Of a stretch of 64,000 nucleotides of DNA, positions 28,922 through 40,351 are shown piece after piece (position 1 is the first letter of the stretch; every line of letters begins with the position of its first letter). This DNA is from Escherichia coli 042. GTDB lineage: Bacteria; Pseudomonadota; Gammaproteobacteria; Enterobacterales; Enterobacteriaceae. Made by a program: the position numbers and the translations under genes. The notes under the pieces were generated by a model that searched no databases, was not told where the DNA came from, and saw only the letters and a list, made by a program, of their open reading frames with translations. The stretch lies in NCBI RefSeq assembly GCF_000027125.1, contig NC_017626.1. The stretch is one strand, 5' to 3'.

Positions 28922-29306
28922 AGCACGTCCTCTGGTAAAAAATTACCAACCCTTTCAATCCACAAGAATATTGATACTGCAAAGACGGTTTAAACATGTG
29001 TTCATATTTAAACATGTGCTCATAGTATGCATGTTTTACGTAAAGTAAATTACCGCCAGAGAGGCAAAATGGGCAGATTTGAGCAGGCTCACAAAACGCG
29101 ATTAAATGCCTGAATTATAAAAACGGGGAATTTGTGACGGGATGCACAGAACAGGAACAATAAAAAAGGGCAGAAAATAATCTGCCCTTGAGGAAATAAC
29201 CTTAGTGTTTGATGAAAGTTTCAGGTTTCTACTAAAAGATAAAACCATTTAAATTCATAAAATTACATTCACAAACCGGTCATTCTCTTTGCGCGCATCA
29301 AATGTT

Positions 29307-29331
29307 CCAGGGCAGGAAATTTCTGCCCTGG
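29307..29331 (-). terminator. hairpin downstream of fruA (putative fruBKA terminator)
   Basis: CCAGGGCAGgaaatttCTGCCCTGG perfect inverted repeat just after fruA stop. Confidence 0.5.
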
Positions 29332-29344
29332 AACACACCTTTTA

Positions 29345-31036
29345 TTACGCTGCTTTCGCTACTGCGTCCACTTCCGGACGTTTCAGGAAGGCATAGGTCA
29401 GACCCGCCACCAGCGTACCGGCAATAATGGCTACCAGGTAACCCAATACCGGCGTAATCGCGCCAGGGATCAGCAGAACAAACAGACCACCGTGCGGTGC
29501 CATCAGTTTCGCACCAATCGCCATTGAGATTGCGCCAGTCAGCGCCCCACCCACGATACAGCACGGCAGCACACGCATCGGATCACGGGCAGCAAACGGA
29601 ATTGCACCTTCCGAAATAAAGCACAGTCCCAGTACCAGAGCGGCTTTGCCACCTTCCTGCTGTGCTTTGTCGAACTTGCGACGCGCTACCATTGTTGCGA
29701 GCCCCATTGCCAGCGGTGGCACCATACCTGCCGCCATAATCGCAGCCATCGGGCCATAGGTTTGAGTACTCAGCAGACCCACACCGAACGCGTACGCTGC
29801 TTTGTTTACCGGACCGCCCATGTCAGTACACATCATGCCACCGAGGATCGCCCCCAGCAGAACCGCATTCGCAGTCCCCATGGTCTGCAGCCAGTGAGTC
29901 AACCCTTCGAGAATGCCAGCAACCGGTTTACCGATCAGGTAGATCATCGCCAGACCGACCACCAGACTGGAAATTAGCGGAATGATCAGGATCGGTTTCA
30001 GCGCCTCCATACTCTGTGGCAGTTTCAATTGCGTACTGATTAACTTCGCAATGTAACCAGCCAGGAAGCCCGCAATAATACCGCCAATGAAGCCAGAACC
30101 AGTGCTGACCGCCAGCATACCGCCAATCAGACCCGGCGTGAGACCCGGACGATCGGCAATGGAGAAGGCAATATAACCTGCCAGTACCGGCACCATCAGC
30201 GCAAAGGCTGAACCACCACCAATCTGCATCAGCGCCGCTGCCAACGTACCCGGCTCTTTAAACGCTTCGATACCAAAAGCAAAAGAAAGCGCGATACACA
30301 GACCACCTGCAACGACCATCGGCAGCATGTAAGAAACGCCCGTCAGCAAGTGACGGTAAGCGCCTGCACTCTCTTTCTTACCTTCAGTGGTCGCTGTTTG
30401 AGTTTTGCCCGCCGGTTCATACGGCGTTGCTTCAGCAACCGCTTTATCCAGTTCCTGCGCGGTTTTCTTCAGCGCCAGACCGGTAGAGGTGCGATACATC
30501 GGTTTACCAGCAAATTTCGCCAGATCCACTTCAATATCTGCCGCCACAATCACCAGATCCGCTGCGGCTACTTCTTCGGGGGTGATTGCATTACCCGCGC
30601 CAACCGAACCACGGGTTTCAACTTTCACCCACCAGCCACGTTTTTTCGCTTCGGTTTCAATGGCTTCAGCCGCCATAAAGGTGTGTGCTACGCCAGTCGG
30701 GCAAGCAGTCACCGCAACTACGCGTTTCGGACCGCTGGCGGCAACCGGTGCTGGCGCAGCGACCGGCGCAGTGTAAGGTTTCGCATGGCCTTTGGCTTCA
30801 CTCAGGAACAGCTCAGGGTGCGCAACTGCCCGGGAAATATCGCCCAGCCAGACATTTTTACCGTTCAGCGCGCTGTCGTTCGGGATGGAATCACCGAGAA
30901 CAATCGCCATTTCAGCGTCATTCGGATTGTCGATGATTTCCAGTTTTGCTTTTCGCGCCGCCGCGCCCAGCAGGGTCTTCGCCATATAGGCGCGTGCCTG
31001 ACCGAGATTAGCGTCAATAATCAGCAGCGTTTTCAT
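29345..31036 (-). CDS. fruA: PTS fructose-specific EIIB'BC component
   Basis: 563-aa ORF with duplicated IIB domain and membrane IIC domain. Confidence 0.9.
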   Translation of the reverse strand: MKTLLIIDANLGQARAYMAKTLLGAAARKAKLEIIDNPNDAEMAIVLGDSIPNDSALNGKNVWLGDISRAVAHPELFLSEAKGHAKPYTAPVAAPAPVAASGPKRVVAVTACPTGVAHTFMAAEAIETEAKKRGWWVKVETRGSVGAGNAITPEEVAAADLVIVAADIEVDLAKFAGKPMYRTSTGLALKKTAQELDKAVAEATPYEPAGKTQTATTEGKKESAGAYRHLLTGVSYMLPMVVAGGLCIALSFAFGIEAFKEPGTLAAALMQIGGGSAFALMVPVLAGYIAFSIADRPGLTPGLIGGMLAVSTGSGFIGGIIAGFLAGYIAKLISTQLKLPQSMEALKPILIIPLISSLVVGLAMIYLIGKPVAGILEGLTHWLQTMGTANAVLLGAILGGMMCTDMGGPVNKAAYAFGVGLLSTQTYGPMAAIMAAGMVPPLAMGLATMVARRKFDKAQQEGGKAALVLGLCFISEGAIPFAARDPMRVLPCCIVGGALTGAISMAIGAKLMAPHGGLFVLLIPGAITPVLGYLVAIIAGTLVAGLTYAFLKRPEVDAVAKAA

Positions 31037-31052
31037 TATGCCTCTCCTGCTG

Positions 31053-31991
31053 TCAGTTAAAAGGTTGTAAGTCGACGCGCGCCATCATTGCGGCCAACTG
31101 CGGACGATCGGTAATACCCACATTGCTTTGACTTACCGCCAGGGCTGCAACAGCTGTCGCCAGACGCAGTGTGTGTTCACTGGATTCACGCATCAGCAAG
31201 CCATAAATCAGGCCACCAACCATAGAATCCCCTGCGCCAACGGTGCTTACGACATCGACTGACGGTGGTTTGGCGATCCATTCGCCGGAGGCATTAACCC
31301 AAAGCGCGCCTTCGGCACCCAGTGAAATAACGACATGCGCGATACCTTGTTCACGCAGCGCATGCGCAGCTTCAATCACATCTTTCATTTCAGGCAGTTT
31401 ACGGCCCGCCCAGATTTCCAGCTCGCGGCGGTTAGGTTTCACCAGCCACGGTGCCGCTTTCAAACCTGCCACTAACGCTTCACGGCTACTATCAAAGATA
31501 ATGCAAGGACACTGACTACGCAGGCGAGTCATCCAGTCGGTGAACGCTTCCGGGCTGACGCCTGACGGTAAGCTTCCGCTGACACAGACCATATCGAACT
31601 GACCGAGCCAGCTCAGAGAATCAGTCACAAAGCGTTCCCAGTCGGCGGGGGTAACTTCAAAACCCGAGAAGTTGAAGTCGGTCACTTCGCCGTCTTTTTC
31701 CGTCAGCTTAACGTTAATTCGGGTGCGCCCCTGTACAACCTGGAAACGGTTGGCAATGCCCAGCTCGCTGAACAGTTGCTGAAAACCATCCTGATTGTCT
31801 TTACCGAGGAAGCCGCCAACTGTGACATCAATTCCCAGGTCTTTTAATACTTTGGCCACGTTGATGCCTTTACCCGCCGCATGCAGACCGGTGGTTTTCA
31901 CCAGGTTCACTTCGCCGCGTTCAATTTCCGGGCAGAAACCAACAAGGTCATAAGCCGGATTAAGGGTGATAGTAGCAACACGTCTGCTCAT
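31053..31991 (-). CDS. fruK: 1-phosphofructokinase
   Basis: 312-aa PfkB-family ORF between fruA and fruB. Confidence 0.9.
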   Translation of the reverse strand: MSRRVATITLNPAYDLVGFCPEIERGEVNLVKTTGLHAAGKGINVAKVLKDLGIDVTVGGFLGKDNQDGFQQLFSELGIANRFQVVQGRTRINVKLTEKDGEVTDFNFSGFEVTPADWERFVTDSLSWLGQFDMVCVSGSLPSGVSPEAFTDWMTRLRSQCPCIIFDSSREALVAGLKAAPWLVKPNRRELEIWAGRKLPEMKDVIEAAHALREQGIAHVVISLGAEGALWVNASGEWIAKPPSVDVVSTVGAGDSMVGGLIYGLLMRESSEHTLRLATAVAALAVSQSNVGITDRPQLAAMMARVDLQPFN

Positions 31992-33121
31992 TATGCGCCC
32001 TCCCCAAGACCAGCAGCGATAGCGTCGCCGATTGCTTTCAGCGCCTGTTCAGCATCTGCACCCTGGGCGGTAAAGCGTAGGCGATGACCTTTCTTAACGC
32101 CAAGTGCCACAACTTTCATCAGACTACGTCCGTTTGCCGGTTTGCCGGTGCCATCAAGGTTTGTCACGGTAATATCACTGTTAAATTGTTTAATGGTATT
32201 GACCAGCATGGTACCTGGACGAGCATGCAGGCCGTGTTCATTGCGCACCACAAACTCCGCGCTTAACACGTCGTCGGTCGGCGCATCATCGCTGGTCAGC
32301 AGCGCCAGCAACGTTGCCGCATCCGCTTTCAGCAAGCGGTCAGCTTTATTGTCGAGTAACAAATCAGCGAGGCGCTTTAGAACCGCAATGGGCTGATCGT
32401 CATTCATCGCCACACTCACCAGCATGGCTGCCGTTTCGCCGTCCACATCAAAAGCATTTGCCGCACGGCTTACAGCAATCGCGCTACGCAGATTGCCTTC
32501 GGCGCTATCGCTCAGCCAGATACCCTGTCCGAGGTTCAGCGGTTGTTCATTGATGGCTTTGGTGACGAAAGTGGCGTCAACTGCCCCCGCCTCTTTCAGA
32601 CGCGCAGCGTTCAGCGCCTGAAGAGTCAGCAGATCGCTGGCGACGATATCCAGCGTCAGCATTTCGTTGTCGAGCTTCAGCTGCTCACTCTGCTTTTCGC
32701 CCATCAGCAATGCGCGAAGTTCTTCTGCTGTTGTTGCTGACTTCAGTTGTTCAGCAACGGAATCATCGCTCAGTACGTGGGTCAGCTGGCGTAGCAGGCC
32801 CAGATGTTCATCCGAGCTGGCAGCAATACCGATCGCCACGTACGCTACCTGGCCGTCACCCCAGGTGACGCCTTCCGGGAACTGAAATACCTGAACGCCG
32901 GTTTTCAGCACCTGATCGCGGGTGTCGGTAGTGCCGTGTGGAATAGCAATACCATTGCCGAGGAACGTAGAGGTTTGCTGTTCACGCGCCAGCATGCCAT
33001 TGACGTAGCCTTCAGCTACATTACCGGCCTGCACCAGCGCCGCAGCGACCTGGCGAATCGCCTCTTCTTTGTCTCCGGCCTTTTCGCCCGGATGGATGTC
33101 CTGTACGGATAACTGGAACAT
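31991..33121 (-). CDS. fruB: PTS fructose-specific EIIA / FPr multiphosphoryl transfer protein
   Basis: 376-aa ORF with HPr-like C-terminal domain. Confidence 0.9.
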
Positions 33122-33141
33122 AGTTCTCCTCTCTTGCTAAA

Positions 33142-33156
33142 TTGAAACGATTCAGC
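33142..33156. promoter_or_regulatory. Cra (FruR) operator candidate, fruB promoter-proximal
   Basis: TTGAAACGATTCAGC resembles the Cra half-palindrome GCTGAAACGTTTCA. Confidence 0.5.
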
Positions 33157-33207
33157 TTCTATGAGAAAAAAAGCGCCAACCTGGCTTAGGGTTAAAGACA
33201 AGATCGC

Positions 33208-33223
33208 GCTGAAACGTTTCAAG
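33208..33223. promoter_or_regulatory. Cra (FruR) operator candidate, distal
   Basis: GCTGAAACGTTTCAAG contains the perfect palindrome TGAAACGTTTCA. Confidence 0.55.
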
Positions 33224-33488
33224 AAAGCATAATACTTCTGTTTCAGCACGCAAGGAAAGCCGTAAAGTTATGAGCAAAAGTTTGATGTGCTGCACAATTT
33301 TTTGTCATTTTTCCTAATTGCTGATGGGAAAATCCGTTATCAGCAATTTCATTTCAGCAGCGTCAGCAGCCAATCAGCAACAGTGAAATGGCATTTTGAT
33401 TATTCGTGGCGCTTTTGATTTCGCTGTCTGTTTATTTTCTGACAAGCAGCGTAAACTCCGCGTCTTCCTCTTCCAGTGATCGACCAGC

Positions 33489-34670
33489 ATGCATAACTCC
33501 CCCGCAGTCTCCAGCGCGAAATCGTTTGACCTGACCTCGACGGCGTTTTTAATCGTTGCCTTTCTCACCGGTATTGCGGGCGCTCTGCAAACCCCGACAC
33601 TCAGTATTTTTCTTACCGATGAAGTACATGCCCGTCCGGCGATGGTGGGATTCTTCTTTACTGGCAGCGCTGTCATTGGGATTCTGGTCAGTCAGTTTCT
33701 CGCCGGGCGCTCTGATAAGCGCGGCGATCGCAAATCGCTGATTGTCTTTTGCTGCCTGTTAGGCGTGCTGGCCTGCACCCTTTTTGCCTGGAATCGCAAC
33801 TACTTTGTTTTGCTACTCGTTGGCGTCTTTCTTAGCAGCTTTGGCTCGACCGCTAACCCGCAAATGTTTGCCCTTGCCCGTGAACATGCTGACAAAACCG
33901 GACGTGAAGCGGTGATGTTCAGCTCTTTTTTACGTGCTCAGGTTTCACTGGCATGGGTCATTGGCCCGCCGCTGGCTTATGCCTTAGCGATGGGTTTCAG
34001 CTTTACGGTAATGTATCTGAGCGCAGCGGTAGCGTTTATTGTTTGCGGCGTGATGGTGTGGCTGTTTTTACCGTCGATGCAAAAAGAGCTTCCGCTGGCG
34101 ACCGGCACGGTTGAAGCGCCGCGCCGTAACCGTCGCGATACGCTGCTGCTGTTTGTCATTTGTACATTGATGTGGGGCTCGAACAGCCTGTACATCATCA
34201 ACATGCCGCTATTTATTATCAACGAACTGCATCTTCCCGAGAAACTGGCCGGTGTGATGATGGGGACCGCCGCCGGGCTGGAAATCCCGACCATGTTGAT
34301 TGCCGGATATTTCGCCAAACGTCTGGGTAAGCGCTTCTTAATGCGCGTTGCCGCCGTGGGTGGCGTCTGTTTTTACGCAGGAATGCTGATGGCGCATTCA
34401 CCTGTCATTCTGTTGGGCTTGCAGCTGCTAAATGCTATTTTTATTGGCATTCTGGGCGGCATCGGGATGCTCTATTTTCAGGATCTGATGCCCGGTCAGG
34501 CAGGTTCAGCCACCACGCTCTATACCAACACTTCGCGCGTGGGCTGGATCATCGCAGGATCAGTGGCGGGCATCGTCGCCGAGATCTGGAATTATCACGC
34601 TGTGTTCTGGTTTGCGATGGTGATGATTATCGCCACTCTGTTTTGCTTACTGCGGATTAAAGATGTTTAA
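33489..34670 (+). CDS. setB: MFS sugar efflux transporter
   Basis: 393-aa 12-TM ORF. Confidence 0.85.
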
Positions 34671-34921
34671 GGCGCGGTCAGCATTTCCAGATCGATAAGC
34701 CAGGTCATTGCCTGCTGACGCGAGTTACCGCACATTTCAGCGCTGGCTTGTAAGCCCGCACAAACTTTCGGTCGCAGTGGCGAGGTGAAAATTTTACAGC
34801 GTTGCTGTTCATCAAGCTGAATGCAGGGCGTATTGGCGGGCTTGCCATCTGGCATACCGGGAATAGGGCTGGAAATTGAAGGGGCAGTGCAACACGCCCC
34901 GCAACCCGGACGGCATTCCAT
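34667..34921 (-). CDS. yeiW: small Cys-rich protein (UPF0153 family)
   Basis: 84-aa reading from [14 protein letters not shown]... within the 128-aa ORF; overlaps setB stop by 4 nt. Confidence 0.65.
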
Positions 34922-35075
34922 ACGTTGTTCTCTTAAGGTTAACCACCGGATTGATGAGCGCGCACAGTACCACCTTTTTTGCACCAGCAAAAGTGCGAAT
35001 ACCACTTGCCCGAAAGGCCCGTCGCGAGTACTTTGTCGCGATATTTTTGACATTTTCGACTACAGGAATTTTTCG

Positions 35076-35648
35076 ATGCCAAGAGCGAACGAAATTAAAA
35101 AAGGTATGGTACTGAATTACAACGGCAAACTGCTGCTGGTTAAGGACATTGATATTCAGTCGCCCACTGCCCGCGGTGCCGCTACGCTGTACAAAATGCG
35201 TTTTTCTGATGTCCGTACCGGGCTGAAAGTAGAAGAGCGTTTCAAAGGTGATGATATCGTTGACACCGTGACGCTGACCCGCCGTTACGTTGACTTCTCC
35301 TATGTCGATGGCAACGAATATGTCTTTATGGATAAAGAAGACTATACCCCGTATACCTTCACCAAAGATCAGATTGAAGAAGAGTTGCTGTTTATGCCTG
35401 AGGGCGGCATGCCGGACATGCAGGTGCTGACCTGGGACGGTCAACTGCTGGCGCTTGAGCTGCCGCAGACCGTTGATCTGGAAATCGTTGAAACCGCACC
35501 AGGCATCAAAGGGGCATCTGCCAGCGCCCGTAACAAACCGGCGACATTGAGCACTGGTCTGGTGATTCAGGTACCAGAATACTTAAGCCCGGGAGAAAAA
35601 ATTCGTATCCATATCGAAGAACGCCGTTATATGGGTCGTGCTGACTAA
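35076..35648 (+). CDS. yeiP: elongation factor P-like protein
   Basis: 190-aa reading from [20 protein letters not shown]... (EF-P fold); ORF track start is an upstream in-frame extension. Confidence 0.85.
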
Positions 35649-35665
35649 CTTCAGCCGCATGCAGA

Positions 35666-35695
35666 AAAGGGATAGCTCAGGCTGTCCCTTTTTTA
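35666..35695 (+). terminator. intrinsic terminator after yeiP
   Basis: AAAAGGGATAGCtcagGCTGTCCCTTTTTT stem-loop followed by T-run. Confidence 0.6.
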
Positions 35696-35861
35696 ATTTA
35701 TTATACCAATCTTCTATTTTGCGCTTCCTGAATATAGTTCTCCCGTAATATTCACCAGTTCATTGATCGCCCTCACACTTCATCGCATTAACAATCCAGA
35801 CCAATTTCAATTGCTGTCATATAACTTTACACTGTCATTGTTAATCAATCGTTACTAAGAC

Positions 35862-37337
35862 GTGACTCCTATGAATACAATCGCCTCCGCTACGCTCCCG
35901 CATCATGTACACGCTCCACGCTACGATCGCCAGCAGTTGCAATCACGTATCGTTCATTTTGGCTTTGGAGCCTTTCACCGCGCTCATCAGGCGTTACTGA
36001 CCGATCGTGTGTTGAATGCCCAGGGCGGCGACTGGGGGATCTGTGAGATCAGCTTGTTCAGCGGCGATCAACTGATGAGCCAGCTCCGCGCACAGAACCA
36101 TTTATATACCGTGCTGGAGAAAGGTGCGGACGGCAATCAGGCGATAATTGTCGGTGCCGTTCACGAATGCCTGAATGCAAAACTGGATTCCTTAGCGGCA
36201 ATTATTGAGAAATTTTGCGAGCCACAGGTGGCAATTGTTTCCCTGACGATTACCGAAAAAGGCTATTGTATTGACCCGGCCACCGGTGCACTCGACACCA
36301 GCAATCTGCGGATTATTCACGATCTACAAACCCCTGAAGAACCTCACTCCGCACCGGGTATTCTCGTCGAAGCACTGAAACGCCGCCGTGAGCGCGGCCT
36401 TACACCGTTCACCGTGCTCTCCTGCGACAATATTCCCGACAATGGCCATGTGGTGAAAAACGCGGTGCTGGGAATGGCAGAAAAACGTTCGCCAGAACTC
36501 GCCGGGTGGATAAAAGAGCACGTCAGTTTTCCGGGAACTATGGTCGACCGTATTGTTCCGGCAGCAACCGACGAATCACTGGCGGAAATCAGCCAGCATC
36601 TGGGGGTGAATGATCCCTGCGCGATTAGCTGCGAACCGTTTATCCAGTGGGTGGTGGAAGATAACTTCGTCGCTGGGCGTCCTGCCTGGGAAGTCGCAGG
36701 TGTACAAATGGTGAATGATGTCCTGCCATGGGAAGAGATGAAACTGCGGATGCTTAATGGCAGCCACTCTTTTCTCGCTTATCTGGGTTACCTCTCAGGA
36801 TTCGCGCACATCAGTGATTGCATGCAGGATCGCGCATTTCGCCATGCCGCCAGAGCATTAATGCTGGATGAACAAGCGCCGACACTGCGAATTAAAGATG
36901 TCGATTTAACACAATATGCGGATAAGTTAATTGCACGTTTTGCTAACCCGGCGCTGAAACATAAGACCTGGCAAATCGCAATGGATGGTAGCCAGAAATT
37001 ACCGCAACGCATGCTGGCAGGTATTCGCATACATCTGGGGCGCGAAACGGACTGGTCGATGCTGGCATTAGGCGTTGCAGGCTGGATGCGTTACGTCAGC
37101 GGCGTTGATGATGCCGGAAATGCCATTGATGTTCGCGATCCGCTTAGCGATAAAATTCGCGAACTTGTTGCGGGCAGCAGCAGTGAACAACGCGTCACCG
37201 CCCTGCTTTCTCTGCGTGAAGTTTTCGGTGATGATCTGCCAGATAACCCGCATTTTGTGCAGGCCATCGAACAAGCCTGGCAACAAATCGTACAATTCGG
37301 CGCACATCAGGCGCTATTAAACACCCTCAAAATTTAA
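35862..37337 (+). CDS. yeiQ: mannitol-dehydrogenase-family oxidoreductase
   Basis: about 488-aa ORF with Rossmann-type N-terminus; exact start uncertain. Confidence 0.8.
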   Translation: MTPMNTIASATLPHHVHAPRYDRQQLQSRIVHFGFGAFHRAHQALLTDRVLNAQGGDWGICEISLFSGDQLMSQLRAQNHLYTVLEKGADGNQAIIVGAVHECLNAKLDSLAAIIEKFCEPQVAIVSLTITEKGYCIDPATGALDTSNLRIIHDLQTPEEPHSAPGILVEALKRRRERGLTPFTVLSCDNIPDNGHVVKNAVLGMAEKRSPELAGWIKEHVSFPGTMVDRIVPAATDESLAEISQHLGVNDPCAISCEPFIQWVVEDNFVAGRPAWEVAGVQMVNDVLPWEEMKLRMLNGSHSFLAYLGYLSGFAHISDCMQDRAFRHAARALMLDEQAPTLRIKDVDLTQYADKLIARFANPALKHKTWQIAMDGSQKLPQRMLAGIRIHLGRETDWSMLALGVAGWMRYVSGVDDAGNAIDVRDPLSDKIRELVAGSSSEQRVTALLSLREVFGDDLPDNPHFVQAIEQAWQQIVQFGAHQALLNTLKI

Positions 37338-37454
37338 CGATTTCTGCGGTTAAAGCGGATGAAGCTCGCCTTCGTCCGCTCTCCCCTTCTCTTTTCTGCC
37401 TTTTTTAGCCAGGATTAACGCTCAGTTAACTTACCAGAGTATTGCGGAGCCGTT

Positions 37455-38441
37455 GTGACCAGGACCAACCTCATCACCGGTTTTCTCGGCAGCGGGAAAA
37501 CCACGTCGATTCTTCATCTGTTAGCCCATAAAGATCCCAACGAAAAATGGGCGGTACTGGTTAATGAATTTGGGGAAGTCGGAATTGATGGTGCTTTGCT
37601 CGCCGATAGCGGCGCATTGCTGAAAGAGATCCCCGGCGGCTGCATGTGCTGCGTTAATGGTTTACCCATGCAGGTAGGGTTGAATACCTTACTGCGTCAG
37701 GGAAAACCAGACCGCTTGTTGATAGAACCGACCGGGCTGGGTCATCCGAAACAGATCCTCGATCTCTTAACCGCGCCAGTCTATGAACCGTGGATAGATC
37801 TGCGCGCCACCTTGTGCATTCTCGATCCACGCCTGCTGCTGGACGAAAAAAGCGCCAGCAATGAAAACTTCCGTGACCAGCTGGCTGCCGCAGACATTAT
37901 TGTCGCCAATAAATCCGACCGTGCGACGCCCGAAAGTGAGCAAGCGCTACAGCGCTGGTGGCAGCAAAATGGTGGCGATCGACAATTAATTCACAGTGAG
38001 CATGGGAAAGTTGACGGTCATCTTCTGGATTTGCCGCGTCGCAATTTAGCCGAGTTGCCCGCCAGCGCCGCGCATTCTCATCAGCATGGCGTGAAAAAAG
38101 GGTTAGCAGCGTTAAGCCTGCCAGAGCATCAACGCTGGCGTCGCAGTCTGAACAGCGGGCAAGGATATCAGGCCTGCGGCTGGATATTCGACGCTGATAC
38201 GGTATTCGACACCATTGGCATTCTGGAATGGGCGCGACTTGCACCGGTAGAACGCGTCAAAGGCGTGCTGCGTATTCCCGAAGGGCTGGTGCGAATCAAC
38301 CGTCAGGGCGATGACCTGCACATTGAAACGCAAAACATTGCGCCACCGGACAGCCGTATTGAGCTGATTTCCAGCAGCGAAGCTGACTGGAATGCCTTGC
38401 AGAGCGCGCTGTTGAAGCTTCGTTTAGCGACTACCGCGTAA
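37455..38441 (+). CDS. yeiR: CobW/P47K-family zinc-associated GTPase
   Basis: GFLGSGKTT Walker A and CxCC motif. Confidence 0.85.
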   Translation: MTRTNLITGFLGSGKTTSILHLLAHKDPNEKWAVLVNEFGEVGIDGALLADSGALLKEIPGGCMCCVNGLPMQVGLNTLLRQGKPDRLLIEPTGLGHPKQILDLLTAPVYEPWIDLRATLCILDPRLLLDEKSASNENFRDQLAAADIIVANKSDRATPESEQALQRWWQQNGGDRQLIHSEHGKVDGHLLDLPRRNLAELPASAAHSHQHGVKKGLAALSLPEHQRWRRSLNSGQGYQACGWIFDADTVFDTIGILEWARLAPVERVKGVLRIPEGLVRINRQGDDLHIETQNIAPPDSRIELISSSEADWNALQSALLKLRLATTA

Positions 38442-38479
38442 GGTTGCCTGCGTTTTTCAGTAAGATAATTAGAGAAAAT

Positions 38480-39193
38480 ATGATTAAAAATTTGCCGCAA
38501 ATAGTGTTGTTGAATATTGTCGGCCTCGCGCTGTTTCTTTCCTGGTATATTCCCGTTAATCATGGATTCTGGTTGCCGATTGATGCGGATATTTTTTATT
38601 TCTTTAATCAGAAACTGGTCGAAAGTAAGGCCTTTTTGTGGCTGGTTGCATTGACCAACAATCGCGCTTTCGACGGTTGTTCACTGCTGGCGATGGGAAT
38701 GTTGATGCTGAGTTTCTGGCTGAAAGAAAACGCCCCTGGCAGACGACGTATCGTGATTATTGGTCTGGTCATGCTATTAACTGCAGTGGTATTAAACCAG
38801 CTGGGTCAGGCATTAATTCCTGTAAAACGGGCCAGCCCAACATTGACTTTTACCGATATTAACCGCGTCAGCGAACTGCTCTCTGTCCCCACGAAAGATG
38901 CCTCACGAGATAGCTTTCCCGGCGATCATGGTATGATGCTGCTTATTTTTTCGGCATTCATGTGGCGTTATTTCGGCAAAGTTGCAGGCCTTATCGCCCT
39001 TATTATTTTTGTGGTTTTTGCGTTTCCCAGAGTAATGATTGGCGCACACTGGTTTACTGACATCATTGTCGGTTCGATGACCGTGATATTGATCGGTTTG
39101 CCCTGGGTGTTGCTGACGCCATTAAGTGATCGATTAATCACCTTTTTTGACAAATCACTACCGGGAAAAAACAAACATTTCCAAAACAAATAA
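38480..39193 (+). CDS. lpxT: lipid A 1-diphosphate synthase (PAP2 phosphotransferase)
   Basis: 237-aa reading from MIKNLPQIVLLN...; membrane PAP2 fold. Confidence 0.8.
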   Translation: MIKNLPQIVLLNIVGLALFLSWYIPVNHGFWLPIDADIFYFFNQKLVESKAFLWLVALTNNRAFDGCSLLAMGMLMLSFWLKENAPGRRRIVIIGLVMLLTAVVLNQLGQALIPVKRASPTLTFTDINRVSELLSVPTKDASRDSFPGDHGMMLLIFSAFMWRYFGKVAGLIALIIFVVFAFPRVMIGAHWFTDIIVGSMTVILIGLPWVLLTPLSDRLITFFDKSLPGKNKHFQNK

Positions 39194-39604
39194 CTCACAG
39201 TAATTAACATCATCAGGGTTATTTTTATAGTGAGGATAATCCTGATGATGCGCACCGTGCTTTCATCTATCGAACGCAAAAATCATTCTCTAAGTAAATG
39301 AATGGATTGCATGCGCTTCACTCAATCGTACTTTAATTGACCAATCCCGCTTATTAACTTTCTGTATCACTTTTTCTTATAAAAAATCATGTAAAACCGC
39401 TCGCCAAGACCGCACCAATCGGGTAATCTCGAACTCGTTTTGCCTCGGCGGTAGATTATCCTCACAGCATATAATTTTGTGCGTTAGTCCACAGATTTGG
39501 CCTTAAGGAATTGTTTCAACATGCCCAGGTAATTAGTCTCGTGTCGCTTGGCATTTTTTTATAACGATATTTGTCGTTAAGGACTTCAAGGGAAAACAAA
39601 CAAC

Positions 39605-40171
39605 ATGGTCAAATCTCAACCGATTTTGAGATATATCTTGCGCGGGATCCCCGCGATTGCAGTAGCGGTTCTGCTTTCTGCATGTAGTGCAAATAACACC
39701 GCAAAGAATATGCATCCTGAGACACGTGCAGTGGGTAGTGAAACATCATCACTGCAAGCTTCTCAGGATGAATTTGAAAACCTGGTTCGTAATGTCGACG
39801 TAAAATCGCGAATTATGGATCAGTATGCTGACTGGAAAGGCGTACGCTATCGTCTGGGCGGCAGCACTAAAAAAGGTATCGATTGTTCTGGTTTTGTACA
39901 GCGTACATTCCGTGAGCAATTTGGCTTAGAACTTCCGCGTTCGACTTACGAACAGCAGGAAATGGGTAAATCTGTTTCCCGCAGTAATTTGCGTACGGGT
40001 GATTTAGTTCTGTTCCGTGCCGGTTCAACGGGACGCCATGTCGGTATTTATATCGGCAACAATCAGTTTGTCCATGCTTCCACCAGCAGTGGTGTTATTA
40101 TTTCCAGCATGAATGAACCGTACTGGAAGAAGCGTTACAACGAAGCACGCCGGGTTCTCAGCCGCAGCTAA
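39605..40171 (+). CDS. mepS: NlpC/P60 murein endopeptidase lipoprotein
   Basis: 188-aa ORF with lipobox LLSAC and Cys/His NlpC/P60 catalytic motifs (DCSGFV... HVGIY). Confidence 0.9.
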
Positions 40172-40217
40172 TAAACCGTTTGGATGCAATCCCTTGGCTA
40201 TCCTGACGAGTTAACTG

Positions 40218-40246
40218 AAAGCACTGCTTAGGCAGTGCTTTTTTGT
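40218..40246 (+). terminator. intrinsic terminator after mepS
   Basis: GAAAGCACTGCttaGGCAGTGCTTTTTTGTTTT. Confidence 0.65.
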
Positions 40247-40351
40247 TTTCATTCATCAGAGAAAATGATGTTTCCGCGTCTTGATCCAGGCTATAGTCCG
40301 GTCATTGTTATCTTTTAAATGTTATCGTAATTTCAGGAAATTAACGGAATC

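Noticed and set aside
28990-29030. Direct repeat TTTAAACATGTG(T/C)TCATA x2 upstream of psuK
   Set aside because: Lies in a core-genome promoter region and is most likely a native regulator or promoter duplication; no evidence of foreign origin.
30350-31060. Long antisense ORFs inside fruA (236 aa, 123 aa, 83 aa) and similar antisense ORFs inside preA, mglA, cirA, lysP and nupX/psuT
   Set aside because: Each lies opposite a well-supported conserved gene and has biased low-complexity translations typical of antisense frames in GC-rich coding DNA; not independent genes.
34821-35075. Upstream in-frame extension of yeiP (ORF track start 34821)
   Set aside because: The EF-P-like protein begins at the internal ATG 35076 ([10 protein letters not shown]...); the extension overlaps yeiW on the opposite strand and reflects the absence of a stop, not a longer protein.
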